Shown here: positions 1-13,224 of the stretch, one piece after another
Layout of the letters: each line of letters opens with the position of its first letter
How positions within the stretch are numbered: the first letter of the stretch is position 1
NCBI RefSeq assembly: GCF_021028975.2
Contig: NC_059426.1
Coordinates: 79,856,001 to 79,920,000 of the forward strand
Direction: 5' to 3'
Source of the DNA: Sphaerodactylus townsendi
Taxonomy: Eukaryota
DNA length: 64,000 nucleotides
Made by a program: the position numbers and the translations under genes
Notes under the pieces: generated by a model
What the model saw: only the letters and a program-made list of their open reading frames with translations
Databases searched by the model: none
What the model was told of the DNA's origin: nothing

Positions 1-1179
1 AGAAATTTACTAAAATTGTACAAAAATACAGTCATGAGAACGTTAGCAGTGAGGAATAAAATAATAAAACCTAAATCAAAATGGACTACTTACAAAGTAA
101 AAGAGCATTAGTTCAAAAAGCAAGATTCAAAGCAAAAGCAAAAAATGTTACCATTTCCAGCTGTAATCCTTCAGCTTCACAAAGGCCACTCTATCCGGAC
201 CAAGGGACCAGGGGGTCATAGTGTCAGGCTCTAAGAACACGCTTGTCAAAGTTCAAAATGTTGAATCAAAGGACCATAGTGGAAGGTACCAAGATGCACA
301 GTTTGCCACGCTGAATGGCCAAAATTTATGGGCACAAGATTTGAGGTGGTCAGGGCCCAATGACCAATACATCAATGCCTAGTGATCTAAGACAATCATG
401 AAACTCTGTTGCTGAAAAGGTGACCTTAACGGTCTGAGTGAGATAACAAGGTAGGATTTATTCCGCAGCCATAAATCCTCCCTTCTCACGATGACATAGC
501 AATAATTTCATCTGTTTAATTAGTTGGAATGTGGCACCATAATTCTGTGGCCTTGGTGACCCAAGGAATCAAGCTTCAGACCATATTTTATTCCCAACAC
601 CTGGTCTCTTATCAGTTTCTAAAGGTCAGAGCTTTGCTACACTGTGAGCACACAGCACAGTTAAATTCTATTCTATTATTTTAAAGAAGGCCTTTAAGCC
701 TGAACCAATATTTGCTAGAACAAGAAACTGTATAATGGAACTTGGTTTCTTGACAGGTATCTAGGTTTTTTTTTCTAAATCTCATTTTCTACTCTGATTT
801 GCTCAATCACTGGCTACAGATAGTCAATGTGACAGCTGTTCTCTAACATTTTTCTGATATCTTGATTATGGCTAGCTAGCATCTTGTGGATTAGAACTCA
901 TCCCCCAAGCTTTTTTACTGGTCCCAGTAGGCCTACCAAATGTCTTTCAATGTATTATAAAAATTTTTTGCTTGTGATTGCGTTGGTAAGGAAAAGAAAA
1001 GGGTTTTCATGTTATGAGAAATAGACAGATTTATTTCTTTATTCAAGAAACATTTTCTCTTGATGTTCAAGGTTTCCAGATTTGAATTCTATATATATAA
1101 TTAAAATCATAGCAACCTTTCAGACTGAAGTGTAGAAAGGAGTAGAGTCAAAGAACCTGTCCCCAGATAGCTGAATGTT

Positions 1180-2760
1180 CACAGTGTGCTTGAAAGGCAG
1201 AAAGCAATGAGGACTCTAATGGATCCTGCTAGTTTCTAGAATGCTCCACAGAATCTGATGCTCCCTGGTGGTTCACTAAATGATCTGGTGAATGACTGCC
1301 ATAGCTTTCTGTCCAAAGCCATTGATGTGATCACTCCTCGATGTTCTCTTTGCCCCTAGTCCAAACTAGCCCTGTGGTACATCACAAAGTTGTGGAGAAT
1401 GAAATGGGAGCTTAGACAACTAGAGTGGGTTTGGTGGCAAACTCATGACAAAGCATCATATAGGATGTTTATGAAATCCTATGAGATGGCAATGAAATCT
1501 CCTGAAATATATATATTATGCAGCCTCCATTGCATCCACTAGCTCTTGCCCAGAACAATTAATTTGGGTTTTAGAGATTTAGTGATTAGGCTTTTGCAAG
1601 CTTTATTGTAGATAAAATCTTATTAGTCTGTGAGGACCTTCTCATCAGTGCTGATACAATAGGTGAACAGTAGGCTCCTTGGCCATCTTCCAATCCTACT
1701 TTGGACCAGTTCAGTCAACTCTCCCAGACCAATGTGGGCAGGATCTTGGCGACTATGAAGCCTAGCCTCTTATACCCATGCCCATCATGGCCCTTGCGTA
1801 GACATTATCAATTTGATGCACAGTTTTGGGGTGTTCCCAGGGGGTTTGAAAGAGGCAGTAGTAAAACTGCTATTAAAGATCCAGTCATTTACCTCTCAGT
1901 GTCAAATGTTTCATTCCTGGGTAAGGTAATGGAGAGTATGGCAGCAGAACAGCTCTAAGCTCTGCTGGAGGTCCTGGACCCATTTCAGTCTGTCTTCCTG
2001 TCTGACCATAGGATGGAGACTGGTGGCCTTCACAGATGATCTTCCTAAACAGCTGGATCAAGGCAGGTTGGTGCTACTGTGCCATGGAGAGAAACAAATT
2101 TTACTGTGGCATGTCTCTGAAGATGCTAGCTGTAGGTGTGGATGAAATGTTTGGTGCAAAAACTGTCAGATCACAGCCATACTACCAAGAAGACCCCCAA
2201 CACCGAGTTGATTCCTGTCATGAAAACCGTTGACAATACACTGCTGTTATTGCTTGATCTAACAGCAGTGTTTGACATGGTTGACCATGAAGCATTGAAT
2301 CACTTCTCTTGCCAATATTGGCCTATGTGGGACAGCCTTGCATTGGCTAGTCTCATTTCTCCAAGGTTAGGGACAGAGGGTAGTGTAAGGGGAGATGATG
2401 TCATTATGACCCTCTTAAGTGTGTGGAGTCCCTCAGAGGATTATCCTCTCCCAAGCATTATTAACATCTACATGTACCCCCTCACCCAGCTAGCCTGGAG
2501 TTTCAGGCTGAGTTGCCATCAATATGCTGATGACACTTAACTATATCTGTTGATGGGCAGCTGGCCGGACACTTGCCTAGTTTTATTGGCCAGTTGCCTG
2601 GAGGCCATGGTGAAGAGTCAGCTGAAATTGAACTCATCAAAGATTCCGGGCCAGAGGGGACTTGGGTTGGGCCAGAGGGGACTTGGGATCGGGGTATCAG
2701 TGTTACTAACTAGACTGAATCATGGTGGGTTTGGGAAGCCCTGTCTCTACCCATCTTGCC
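1180..2760 (+). mobile_element. Degenerate L2-type LINE, reverse-transcriptase region (stops and frameshifts), interrupted by a Penelope-like fragment
   Basis: ORF 2136-2540 contains LLLLDLTAVFDMVDH and HQYADDT, typical L2/CR1-group RT motifs; boundaries approximate. Confidence 0.85.
2082..2240 (+). mobile_element. Penelope-like element terminal (pLTR) fragment with decayed hammerhead motif
   Basis: CTGAAGA (2117-2123) ... GAAAtgtt (2144); ends in gattcctgtcatgaaaaccgttgacaataca; homologous to 22276-22682 and 54669-54843; splits the L2 RT frame. Confidence 0.75.
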
Positions 2761-3014
2761 AATCCTTGGGGTGCCTAGCAGTTCAGCATCAAAGTGCCAT
2801 TTTCTGCTTTGGCTCAGTGTAATCACAAGGGCAGAAAATCTTGTCTGGACTTGCCCTCGCCTACATCTCCCTGGCAGAATACTGGCCTCACCTCTTCCTA
2901 AAGGGATTAATGCAAGACAATGCGTTCAGCTGGGAAAGCCTGTTCCCACCTTCAGCCCTGGTCCATCTGTCTCCATGAGACAGAGTTCCATGCTGTCACC
3001 CATTTATTATTTTA

Positions 3015-4255
3015 CTAGCAGGGCCCGGCCATGCGTTGCTGTGGCAGTTGTTCTTCTCATCACAGTCCGCAACCCATACAGATGTCCATGCAGGTCCAAT
3101 GATCCCCAGCATAGCCTTTTGGGGTGGTCAAATAGAATCCCTCTTTCCCTTTTCAGTTCACATTGTTATATGGTGCTGTCTTGTTTTTTTTAGTATAAGG
3201 TAACCCTTTCCATTCTACAACAGAACTGTCCAGAGTGCGAATCTCGCTATCCATGAGGCTGGTTGACACGCAGAGTCTTGGCTTGGGTAAGGCAGAACTG
3301 GGGCAAGGAGGCTATCCCAGTCAGGCAGCAGAGGCAGGGTGGTGAGGCGCTCAGATCGAGGCCAGCTCCCTGGGTTCTTAAAGGGCCATGTGCAAAAGAA
3401 GCGGAGCCAGTAGTGTTGGTTCGCCCCCACCCTGTGGATTTTCTTAGAAGAAAAAGGCAAACTCCAGCTCACTTTTAGTAAAAGAGAGCTGTGGCGAATA
3501 TGGGTGAGGAAGTGGGTAAGTGGTGGTTGGATGTGAGGGAGGGCAGAGTGAGGTGTGTGAGGATGAGCTGGATGTGTATGAGCAGAGGTGAGATTCAGGG
3601 GGTTCCGAAGGTTCTGTAGAGCCTGTTGTTAAAATTTAAAATATCACTTTTTTAATACTTAAAATATTTTTATTAAGTATTAATATTTTAATACTTAAAA
3701 TAAAAAGTGATATTAAAATATTTTTAAATACTTTTTAACAGTCATTATTTGAATCCCGCCACCATTGGAACCTGTTGTTAAAATGTTTGAATCCCACCAC
3801 TGTATGTGTGTTGTGTGGTAGTAGTGGGTGAGGCACAGAGAGTGAAATTTACCTGCCTGTGAGGGGGGGAACCTCACCTGACGTCTCACATGGCAAAGTG
3901 TATGTGTTTCACTTCCACTTGTATTACCTAACAGTATTATCTATTTACTGTTTTCAATGCTCATCTCTGGCCATTTGCGCGAACATTGTAAGGGCATATC
4001 AACCCCTCAGGCCACAGACATGCTGCACGAACATTCTAAGGGTGACAGTTAAACATAGCCAGCTTCATGGCTTGGTGTGCCAGGAAAAAAACGTTTTACC
4101 TGGCTCAGATATGGACTTTTGGCGATTTGAAGGTCCGATTACCTGCCCACAACAGGGAGGGATGTCATATGAAAATTTGGGGGCGATCTGTCCAGCCGTT
4201 TTGCCGTTAGGGCATGACTAACAAAGTCACTGTTAGCTTTTTATATATATACATA
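3015..4255 (-). mobile_element. Non-autonomous Helitron
   Basis: Minus-strand 3' end gccacagcaacgcatggccgggccctgCTAG-t (hairpin + CTAG); 5' end tatataaaaagctaacagtg; termini and ~300 bp of 5' sequence match the copy at 35886-36881. Confidence 0.85.
3585..3803. mobile_element. Small hAT-like MITE (cagtggtgggattca family) nested in the Helitron
   Basis: Ends in tttgaatcccaccactg; repeated ctgttgttaaaa units; same family as 33176-33296. Confidence 0.6.
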
Positions 4256-5394
4256 TTTAGAAAGTGTTTGATCCATGCAGTTTGTTTTCGTTTGTCAGAT
4301 ATGAGGCCTTTACCTTGTATCTGCCACTTGTATGTATTCAATGGTAAGCATTCCTCTAAAAAAGATTAAATATTTTGGAATACTGAAATATTCTAGTCTG
4401 GTATTAAATATTATCTGAGAAAGGGTGCAGTGAGGAAAAATTGCCTTTGGAATACTTTCAATTTCGTCGTGAAGAGGGGAGAATACATATAATCCTTCCA
4501 CTTCCTTGTTGGTGCCTTTGGGGAGGTGATTGGCACAACTGCTGGCCTTTCCCCCCATATTTTCCTTTTACCCATGAAAAAAATGTGGACTTTACAGAAG
4601 TTGCTATAAATACTGTGGAGTGTCTGATAAGGGGATTTTTTCATTCGCGCTGAGCTTCTATGATATCATGCATCATTTCCATTATACTGTTTGAAATGCT
4701 TATTGGAATTTTTGCCATTAATGTATCCTATATACATTATCTGTAATGCATAATGGATTGTAGGTCTGAATGAAGGAAAAGCCAGAAAGCCTTGTAAGAT
4801 ACCAGTATCAAGGACTTTAATGTTGTGAGCTCATTATATTAAGATAATATTTGTCTAGTATGCACTGACACTATGGAGTATGGAGTATAAATTATTCCCT
4901 CCTTCCCTTTTTATGTTCATCAGAAATATTTTGTAAACTCGCTATTCCTTTTTTCAAAGTTAATTCCCAGTCTTGCAGGTTTGATAAGGTGGTGGGGAGG
5001 GGAGGCTAGACCAACCGATAAGATTCCTGCATAATGGGTGGGGAGGGATACAAGAAAATCACTTTATTTTGCTGACAGTGGTCTTGGATAGAATTGGAAA
5101 TAAATACACAGTGACTGAAGCCTGACTGTGTCTGTACCTGCTTTCCACCCATAAATGCTGGCGCCAAAAGACATTTGTAAGACCATGGTTGGTGGGGCTG
5201 TCAGGCTGAAAGGAAACCAGTGAGAGCTAAAGGAGGACAGGGAATTGTTCTGTGAGGATGTTACCATCAAATGCATATCTTATGAGCTTAGTCTTCCCTT
5301 CCCCCATATAATCTTTAAAAGATAGGATATGTGGAATAAGTCATATTAAGACTTTGGGAGTCTGGCAGAGAAGCTAAGTGGGTAAACATGGACC

Positions 5395-5610
5395 GCTTGA
5401 GGGCTGAATCCTCAATGTGGTGCTCATGGGTACTATGGCAGCCACTGACATCATTCTTGACACTCACCAAATGTTTTTAGAAATTGGGAGGGGCCTGGTG
5501 AGGTCTTGCCTAGCTGGGCTTCTGATTGGCCATATGATATCCAATTGACTGTAGCTTAAAATAATATTGTTTCAGTGGCAGTTGCCACAACAGTATTGTT
5601 TTTATTCTCT
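5395..5610 (+). mobile_element. Partial hAT MITE, same family as 45208-45540
   Basis: tgtggtgctcatgg...ttctgattgg...cagttgccacaacag aligns by eye with 45208-45380. Confidence 0.5.
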
Positions 5611-5929
5611 AATCCCCCCCCCCCCCCACCGCCTTAGAGGTCTGACAGGCACCAATGCTATACATCTTTCCGCACCTGGTTAAGACCTCTATTTTTGTTT
5701 GGGTATTTGAATAGTTTATGCCATCTTCCTCCAGATGCTGGCTTTTTGGTACTTGCCCTCCACCTGCACCTGGGGGTGGAGTAAGGGAGGGGGTGAGTTT
5801 GAGGGTATTGGGTTTGATTGTTCTTAGGTATGTTTTTAGGAGATACTCTATATGATGATGTTTTTATTGTGATGTTTATGATGATGATGTTTTTATTGTG
5901 ATGTTTAGCTACCATACCAACAGGTTTTA

Positions 5930-7031
5930 AACAATTTTTCTTTCATTAATGCTTTTTACACAACAATAATAAACAAGGATAGAGGTTGCTGGGTGAGAAT
6001 ATTTATTTGCTTCATCTGTATCTCGTATTATCCCTTTGTCTGTCCCTCTTTTTTGGTCTGTCTCTCTCTTTTTCTGCTTCTCTTTCTCCTTCTCCTTCTT
6101 TCTCTTTCTCCCTGTGCAGTGGTGCAAAAACATGCTTGAAAAACATGGATCCTCATGGATCCTCATGATTTTCCCACTTGAGACATGTGGTTAAGGGCTT
6201 GAGCTGTGATGTGATGGTGATTTTGGGGTGTCCAAGTTGAAAAATCATGAGGATCCATGAGGAGTCATGTTTTTCAAGCATGTTTTTGCACCACTCTGGT
6301 GCCATGGAGCGTGGGAGGCGTGATTGTTGTGCTCAGACATGTGGCTAAGATCTTGCGCTGTGACACGATGGTGATTTGGGGGTCACAGTTCAAAAATCAT
6401 GTTTTTTCAAGCAGGTTTTCATGCCACTGCAGTGCCACCAAGTGTGGAATGCATGATTGTTTTGGTGCTGCCTGTAGACTAAGACATGCTCTATAGTTTC
6501 ACGGTGGTTTTGTTTCATTCCAATTAAAAAATCATATGAATTCATGAGGATCCGTTTAGATCTCCCTTATACCTTTTTCCTTTATTTTATAACGTTGGCA
6601 GTGCACTTACTCCAGTGTATGTCCCTCCCTCCCTCCTTTCCTTCCTGGCTCTGTGCTGGGTTTCCAATGCTGGGGGGCAATTGGGGGTGCTGGATTTAAC
6701 ACCATAAAACTTTTTCACAGCAGTAATAACACATTTTGAAAGCATTTAAAGTCATATGACACTTAAAACACTTTAAAGTATTATAATAGTTGTTAAACAT
6801 TTTGAAAGCATTTTGAAAATGTAAAAAAAATATTTTCGCTGTGTGGTGTTGACCATTGCTGGGTTCAGATTTGTGAGTTGAGGCATGTTCTATAATGTGA
6901 TTGTGACTTTGAAATGACCTAGTGCAAAAAACCCACATTGTTTGGTCATGGTGGGGAAGGGCGGCCGTCCACTCGGGGGCAGGGAGACTCAGATTTTGCC
7001 CTGGGCTCCATTGTCCCTAGCTATGCCTCTG
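5930..7031. mobile_element. hAT (Tip100-like) non-autonomous element, one end missing, inserted in an L2-like 3' tail
   Basis: Right end gctatgcctctg matches the TIR type at 63925-63936; internal inverted repeat 6119-6174/6239-6294; LINE-like (taaa)n tail resumes after 7031. Confidence 0.5.
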
Positions 7032-7528
7032 AAAACAGGGGATGGAAATAAAGTAAATAAATAATAAGCAAGGCTGAAATGTGGAGAGCAGGTAAAAGGT
7101 GGGTGAGTAAGGAAGAATTGAAGAAGAAAGAACTGAAGGCTTCATTCACCCATGTAAGAAAGCAGTTGAGGCTGCTAGGAGAAAACTGCTGCCAACCAGA
7201 GGGGGAAGATTGTAAACTAGTGAGTGTTGTTATTCCTGGTGGTACTATTAGCTCATGAAGGAGGGCATTCCAATGTAATGATTTCCATATGAAAAGGACT
7301 TGTTGAGTTTGTCCTATGGGTGAGTTAGAAGCAATGACAACCAACAGTCCTATCCACCAGGCGGCCGCTGTGATGGCTGCTTCACCCTCTGCTCCCAAAA
7401 AGGCCTTCCCAGTGGCATGGGGAGGCTTCACAAGCATTACAGCCTCTCTGCTACCGAGAACCTCCATAGCACACGATAGAGTTACACCACCCAAAAGGGT
7501 TGTGTAAGTCACACCTTGCAGTCACATG

Positions 7529-7777
7529 TGTAATGCACCAAATGGTCAGGAGGAAGCTAACATCGGCTGCTCCCCTGGCTTGCCCCCAGACTGCAGTGGC
7601 GCAGGGACACTTCCACAACATTCTATGTCACATCCCACTGCTGTGGAGGGCAGTAGTGGCTGCACACCACCAGTTTCGCCACTCCACCAGGTTATGTGGA
7701 TTCAGCCTCCCCCTTTGGATGGGACTCTTAGAATAGCAGCCATTGTTTGCCTTCCTGCTATTTTTCTGTGTGTTACA
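7529..7777. mobile_element. Possible short LTR-like remnant
   Basis: TG...CA ends with imperfect inverted termini tgtaatgcac / gtgtgttaca; no TSD seen. Confidence 0.25.
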
Positions 7778-8878
7778 ATAGAAACTTGGAGGGAGGCCCC
7801 TAAGTAGTTCCTAATGGTCACTCAAACCGGGCCCTGGCCCGGGAAAGCATCATGATTCATTTTGGGTAAAAATACCAGCAACCCCCTTTTACTATCTGGA
7901 AGAAGACAGCAACTAGAAACACAAACCAAGTAAAGAATAAATCTTGTTTTTAAAGAAACATGTTTACTGTGTAGTGATTGATCCCTACTCTGTTGCTTAG
8001 GCGAATGCATTTAAAAGCTGTCTGATAATGAAATAAAACTAGTCTCTTGAGTAGAGATAATCATGGTCTTTACACACTTCTTAATGGATAAAACTGTTCT
8101 AATTGAATAAATAAGTGAAGGTCCTATTGAACCCTGCTACTGGCAGAGCACCATGTTAATGACCTTAAACTTAATGGCCTTGTATTTATGAAGCACTTTT
8201 CATGAAGAGAAAAAAAATACCTGAGACTTTTGCCTCTGAATGTTATCAATGGCATGTTTTCACTGCTTGTAGATGTTGGCATCTTCAGAGTCAGTCATGG
8301 GGAAGAGTAACAGATTTTGATAATGCTGAAAATGTCTATAGTAATAGGAATTCTCCTGTGAAAACTCTATTGAACATGAACACCTGTCAAGGAGCTAAGG
8401 GCATTTTCACAAGTTGTTTTAAAATAGGGAAGAATTGTCTGAATCTCAAAGTAGCATAAAAGAATATTGTTAACCTGAATATTCACGGGGAACATTTCCA
8501 AAAGGATTTATGACTGTCACACTCAAAGGGCATTTCTGATTCCTGTAATTCACCTATGGACTGTGCTGATCCCAAACAATGCTGGTCTAGCAGTCTAGTA
8601 TGATCAGAACAGCTGACAAAGCAATGTTAATCAAAACCCAGCATTGATAATATTGCCACATTTTCATGCTAGATAGTACTTCTCCATTTCCATTACTTAT
8701 GTTGGAGAAAGCAATTACTTGGAAACAGTGTCAGTTGTCAAATAATCATATAATCAAGATTCAGAGAAACACCCCCCCCCCCCAATTTAAGACATTCTTC
8801 TATCACTTTGTTACAGCTTATCCTGAATATATTGGCCATGTGTTTATCTGAACTTTGGTAAGAAATGGTTCAGCCAAT

Positions 8879-9348
8879 ACATGGGCCTACATGGTGTGGA
8901 ACAGGAGAGGGACAGCACATCTTACCTCCCTGGCTGTGCAGTGTGCTTGCAGACACCAGCACAGATGCCTTAAAGAGCTGCAATATCCAAATTTGACTAA
9001 ATCTTCTGCAGTTGATTCCCAGTTTTAATCTAGGAAATCAGCTATACATACAGTGGTGCCACTAGTGTTACATTGGTTAAATTTGGATATTGCAGCGTGC
9101 TTTGTGGCCTCTGTGCTGGTGTCTGCAAGCACGCTGCATAGGCAGGGAGGTAAGGTGAACTCTTTACTCTTCTGCCTCCTTGCCATAAAGCAGAGGTCTT
9201 CAAACTATGGCCCTCCAGATGTTCAGGAACTACAATTCCCATCAGCCTCTGCCAGCATGGACAAGTAGCAAGGCTGATGGGAATTGTAGTTCCTGAACAT
9301 CTGGAGGGCCATAGTTTGAAGACCCCTGCCATAAAGTATAGGGCCATG
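8879..9348. mobile_element. Old palindromic MITE hosting a younger hAT MITE
   Basis: cttacctccctggctgtgcagtgtgcttgcagacaccagcacaga (~8922-8966) is inverted at ~9109-9155; acatgggcc/gggccatgt termini. Confidence 0.65.
9191..9328. mobile_element. hAT (Charlie/URR1-like) MITE
   Basis: Near-perfect 138-bp palindrome cagaggtcttcaaact...agtttgaagacccctg; exact 8-bp TSD ccataaag (9183-9190, 9329-9336). Confidence 0.92.
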
Positions 9349-11531
9349 TGTTACCCAAACCAGCCTTAAGATTTTCTTTATCTTCACAGTTTCTCCAACA
9401 ATGATGTTACACAGCAGACACCTTTTTAAAATTACCTTCTTCTGAATGAGGACAATTACATGGGATGATGGAAGATTTTTTTTAAATAGAAGGCCTTAAT
9501 TCCAAATGAAATATGTTTAGGTCATTCTGTATCTTTCTTCAAATGCATGGAATTATTGTGAAAATTTTATAATGAGTATTGTCAGTAGCCTAAAATTTTG
9601 TGTTAAAGATATAGTGTACATACTTCAGGTGAGAGATGGTGTCAGTTGTCCAACTATTAGAACCGTCCTTAGTTCAGCTGGAAAGTTTTTCTTACTGAAA
9701 TTCCAGAGATCTAGTGAAAGGACCTTGTGTTGTGCCCGTGCCTTTTTAGTCTCCTAATTTGCTAGCAGATGAACACAAGTGATTCCTGCATTCACCAGAG
9801 CCAATAAGTATTATTGTTATTAAAAGTATTGTACATTTTTTCTACAGCATCTCCATTAACATGCCTTTCACTATGTGTACAAACATAGATTTTTTCCTTG
9901 ATCCAAAGGAGGACAACAGACCATGTGGCAGGAGAGTGTAGAGGATAAACAAACATTTATAATTAGAATAAAAACTCTTGCAGAGGTAGCTACATTAAAA
10001 AAGAGGACTGTTGCTTCAGAATTGGTCTTATGATATGAGGCTGAAGTGCCTGAAACCTAATTTTGAACAGAATGTGGGCCAAATCATTCTCCTTAGATCA
10101 GTGCTTTGATGGCCCACTGTGTATTAGGATGTCTGCCATGGAGTCTATAAAAGAAAAATGATTCTTCCTCTCCCCTGTTTTCACAAGAAAGAGAGTTATG
10201 TTTGCTGCCAATGCTAGGATTAAACACTGACACCTACGGAATTAAAGAAGATATTTCACATTGCACACACCAAAGATCTATACGACTAGCAGCGTTCTGA
10301 AAAGGGTTGCTCCCTTGACATGGCACAATCCAGAGATTGATTCAGATGTCCTAAAGATTGAATTAAAAGCACCTCTGGCCTTACGAAAGAGTGTGGTGTA
10401 AAAAAAGCTCAACTTGTTAAAAGGACACTGGCACAGCAACTTGAAGGAATGAGTGAAAAGGAATCAGAAAATGGAATCCCTGCAGAATAATAGATATAAT
10501 ATATTGCCTCAATATATTTTACCAGTCTAATTAAAGTACATTTTAAAAAGAATATCCCTTACACAGTAATATTTATAAAAAGCAATCACTATTTTATAAG
10601 ATGATGCTTTCCCCCCTTGTGTCTCCCTTCATGTGTTGAAGCATAGCATAAATATGACTCAGACTTGTCACACAATACCCTGTTCTCTTCAACATGCTGA
10701 AATGCCATTATTTTTCTTGTTCTCATTTTCAGGCTCTTGGATTCAGAAACTGTTAGTTTGGTAGCAGTCCCACTTAATATAAAGAATTCCTTTGATTTGT
10801 AACTACACCACTTGCTCATTTCCACATAAACTGTGTGAATTCCACCCACCAGATGTTGCTACTGCTGCTCTCAGTCACTTCTGCCCAACTGAAAGAGAGA
10901 AAAAATTCCCAGGGTTTGATTACTATAATTTATTGGTACCACAGAATTTCACTTTCCCTGAAGTAGAGAATATGAATAGACCTAACTATCTCATCTTCTA
11001 TCACAAACATTTATGGCTATACTCACATAATATACTGGACTAAATATTTCTGAACTTCTGGATTAAATTGTTCTTGGTTTCGTGTTAGGAAACTGATTTA
11101 TATATACAGGCCACTTATTGCAGAAATGTTCTAAGGGATTTATAGAACAGATACATCACTGCTGGTTTGGTGACCAGTATTGTAACAGAAATTCAGATGT
11201 CCTTGGAAGGAGGTCCCACTGGTTTTTCGGGATGTACCCACAAATAAGTATGCATAGCTTTCTCCTGTTGAGTTATGCATTTCTGTGGTAATTGGAATGC
11301 AAGCCTTGAACAATTTATTCAAGAGTCATAGTGCTACAGTCAAAGCGACCCCAGATTAAACGCTTTGTGTGTCTATCAAAGGATGGTGATTACATTCATG
11401 CTTTAAAATGTCTTGTTAAATTAATCAACAGTTAAAAATATAACACATTTAAATCTTCCTTGAAAGTCTGAGTGAAACTGACTGTAATTCTCCCTCCTAT
11501 TCTGCATCACCAGCATGTAGAGATGAAAATT

Positions 11532-11750
11532 GCTATACTCTGTTCCACTGAAAGATCTCAGGAGATTTGTGAATTAATCTGCCATTTCATAGACTTTGTT
11601 CTAGAATGCTCCTCTTGAGTTCTAGTGCCTTGGGGACAGAACTAGGTAAGCACTAGGACCCAAGCAGAGCATTCTAGAACAAAGACAATCCAGGAAATGG
11701 CTGATTTATTCACAGATCTCCTGAGATCTTTCCGTGGGACAAAGTATAGC
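11532..11750. repeat. Long imperfect inverted repeat (probable ancient MITE)
   Basis: gctatactctgttccactgaaagatctcaggagatttgtgaa pairs with ttcacagatctcctgagatctttccgtgggacaaagtatagc; inner ctttgttctagaatgctc / gagcattctagaacaaag. Confidence 0.8.
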
Positions 11751-12894
11751 TGATTGCTAAATATATCTGTATGTCTCTGCTACATTTCCCCCTAGTACCT
11801 TCTCTCATCTTTTGGTAATTAAAGATAGTGATTATAATATCTGCTATATTGTACTGGAATCTCCCTTTAAGAGTAAGTAGGGTCATATCACAACTGTGCA
11901 ATTGCACTTATATAGTTGAGGTTGCTGACAGTTTCCTAGAAAATGGAGAAGGAACACTTTTTATCTTGGGAATTGTAAAAGATAGAGAGGAACTGAAAAT
12001 GGCATTGTAAAATTTATAGAAAGACTGAATAGGTGGCATTAGTTGTTAGGGGATAGTTTCTAGACTTTTTCAACTTTAGTGTTAAAGAAGGCCTTTATCA
12101 TTTCCTCCTTTTCTCTAATGGCATGAATATTTTTCTCTTAACTTTCCTCAGTCTGTCAAGGGAAAAATCTGCAGTGAATGATTTTGTGGCACAAACATTT
12201 CTTACACAGGAAAAACATCAGTTTCTGTGGGGAAGTAAATAATGACAGGAAACGAGTAGTTTGTACCTTCAAATTGTTTCCTGTATGACAACTAATCTAC
12301 AACAGGAGCCACATTTTAAATTGAGCCATGGTTGATGCCAGCAACAATGTCTCTCATTCACATACAAGATAAAACACAGGCACAGCCCTTCTAAACCCCC
12401 CATTACGCTGGTAGAAAAAGAAACAAATCTTGTTTGTTTTGTTTACACAGCAAAGCTGTGTAAAATGGCACCTGAAGTTTACCTGCCCCCCACAGCTGTA
12501 CCCAACCCCCTCACAACTGTGTCCTGCCCCTGAACTCCATGTGGCATGGCAGGGGCACAGGATGCACGCCTCAGCATGACCAATTTCATAAAGTTATTGT
12601 GAGGCTAAATAGGAGGATGAAGGAGCCATCTATCCAACACTGAACTCCTTGGATGAGTTTTGTTTCAAATTGTTTCCTACTTAGAAATGTGATGAATACT
12701 TGCCCCTTATTTCTGACATTATATGTTCAAGACACTTATTTACAAAAAAAGTATAGTTTTACAAGACCAAATCCCTACAGTTCAGTGCACAATATGAAGG
12801 TGTAAGATGCAGAAGCATTGTTTGAGCAAACTTGTATCTGGGTTGTGTATGGGAATTCTGTTTATGTGTGCTATGGATGAAAGGTGATGTTGGC

Positions 12895-13224
12895 AGTGGT
12901 AGTCTAGGGGGGTTGGGGACTTGGGGGCACTGACAGTAACAGCATGATATCGTTTTTTAAAAAAGTGACTTCAGTCTTCTCTAGCAGTCACCTAGAAGGG
13001 ACATCTAGGAATCCTTTGTAGAAATTGCCAGAAGTGATGTCAGTCCTGTGTAGAAATTATTGTAAACTCTGTGGGAGGACTGATATCACTTCTGGGTTAT
13101 TCTTGAAAATGATGTCATATTGATAGCAATTTTTTCTTTCTATTAACCATTACTGGAATGCCAGCAGGAAATGGCTGCTGGGAGTGGCAGAGGTCCTGCC
13201 CCTAGCAGGCATTTTGGAATCCTA
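12895..13224. mobile_element. Decayed MITE with gaagtgatgtca / tgatatcacttc internal inverted motifs
   Basis: Same motifs recur at 48570-48908, 50060-50250 and 57690-57850. Confidence 0.55.

Noticed and set aside
1-1100. Possible minus-strand decayed retroelement ORF
   Set aside because: Partly open frames but no diagnostic motif; cannot be classified
10360-10490. Protein-like C-terminus (...AQQLEGMSEKESENGIPAE*)
   Set aside because: Short, preceded by many stops, no recognisable homologue
10589-11043. ORFs with faint echoes of viral RdRp motif A (VEMSKWC) or Polinton polymerase (FPH...EREK)
   Set aside because: Companion motifs (GDN, YCxxDV) absent; consistent with chance
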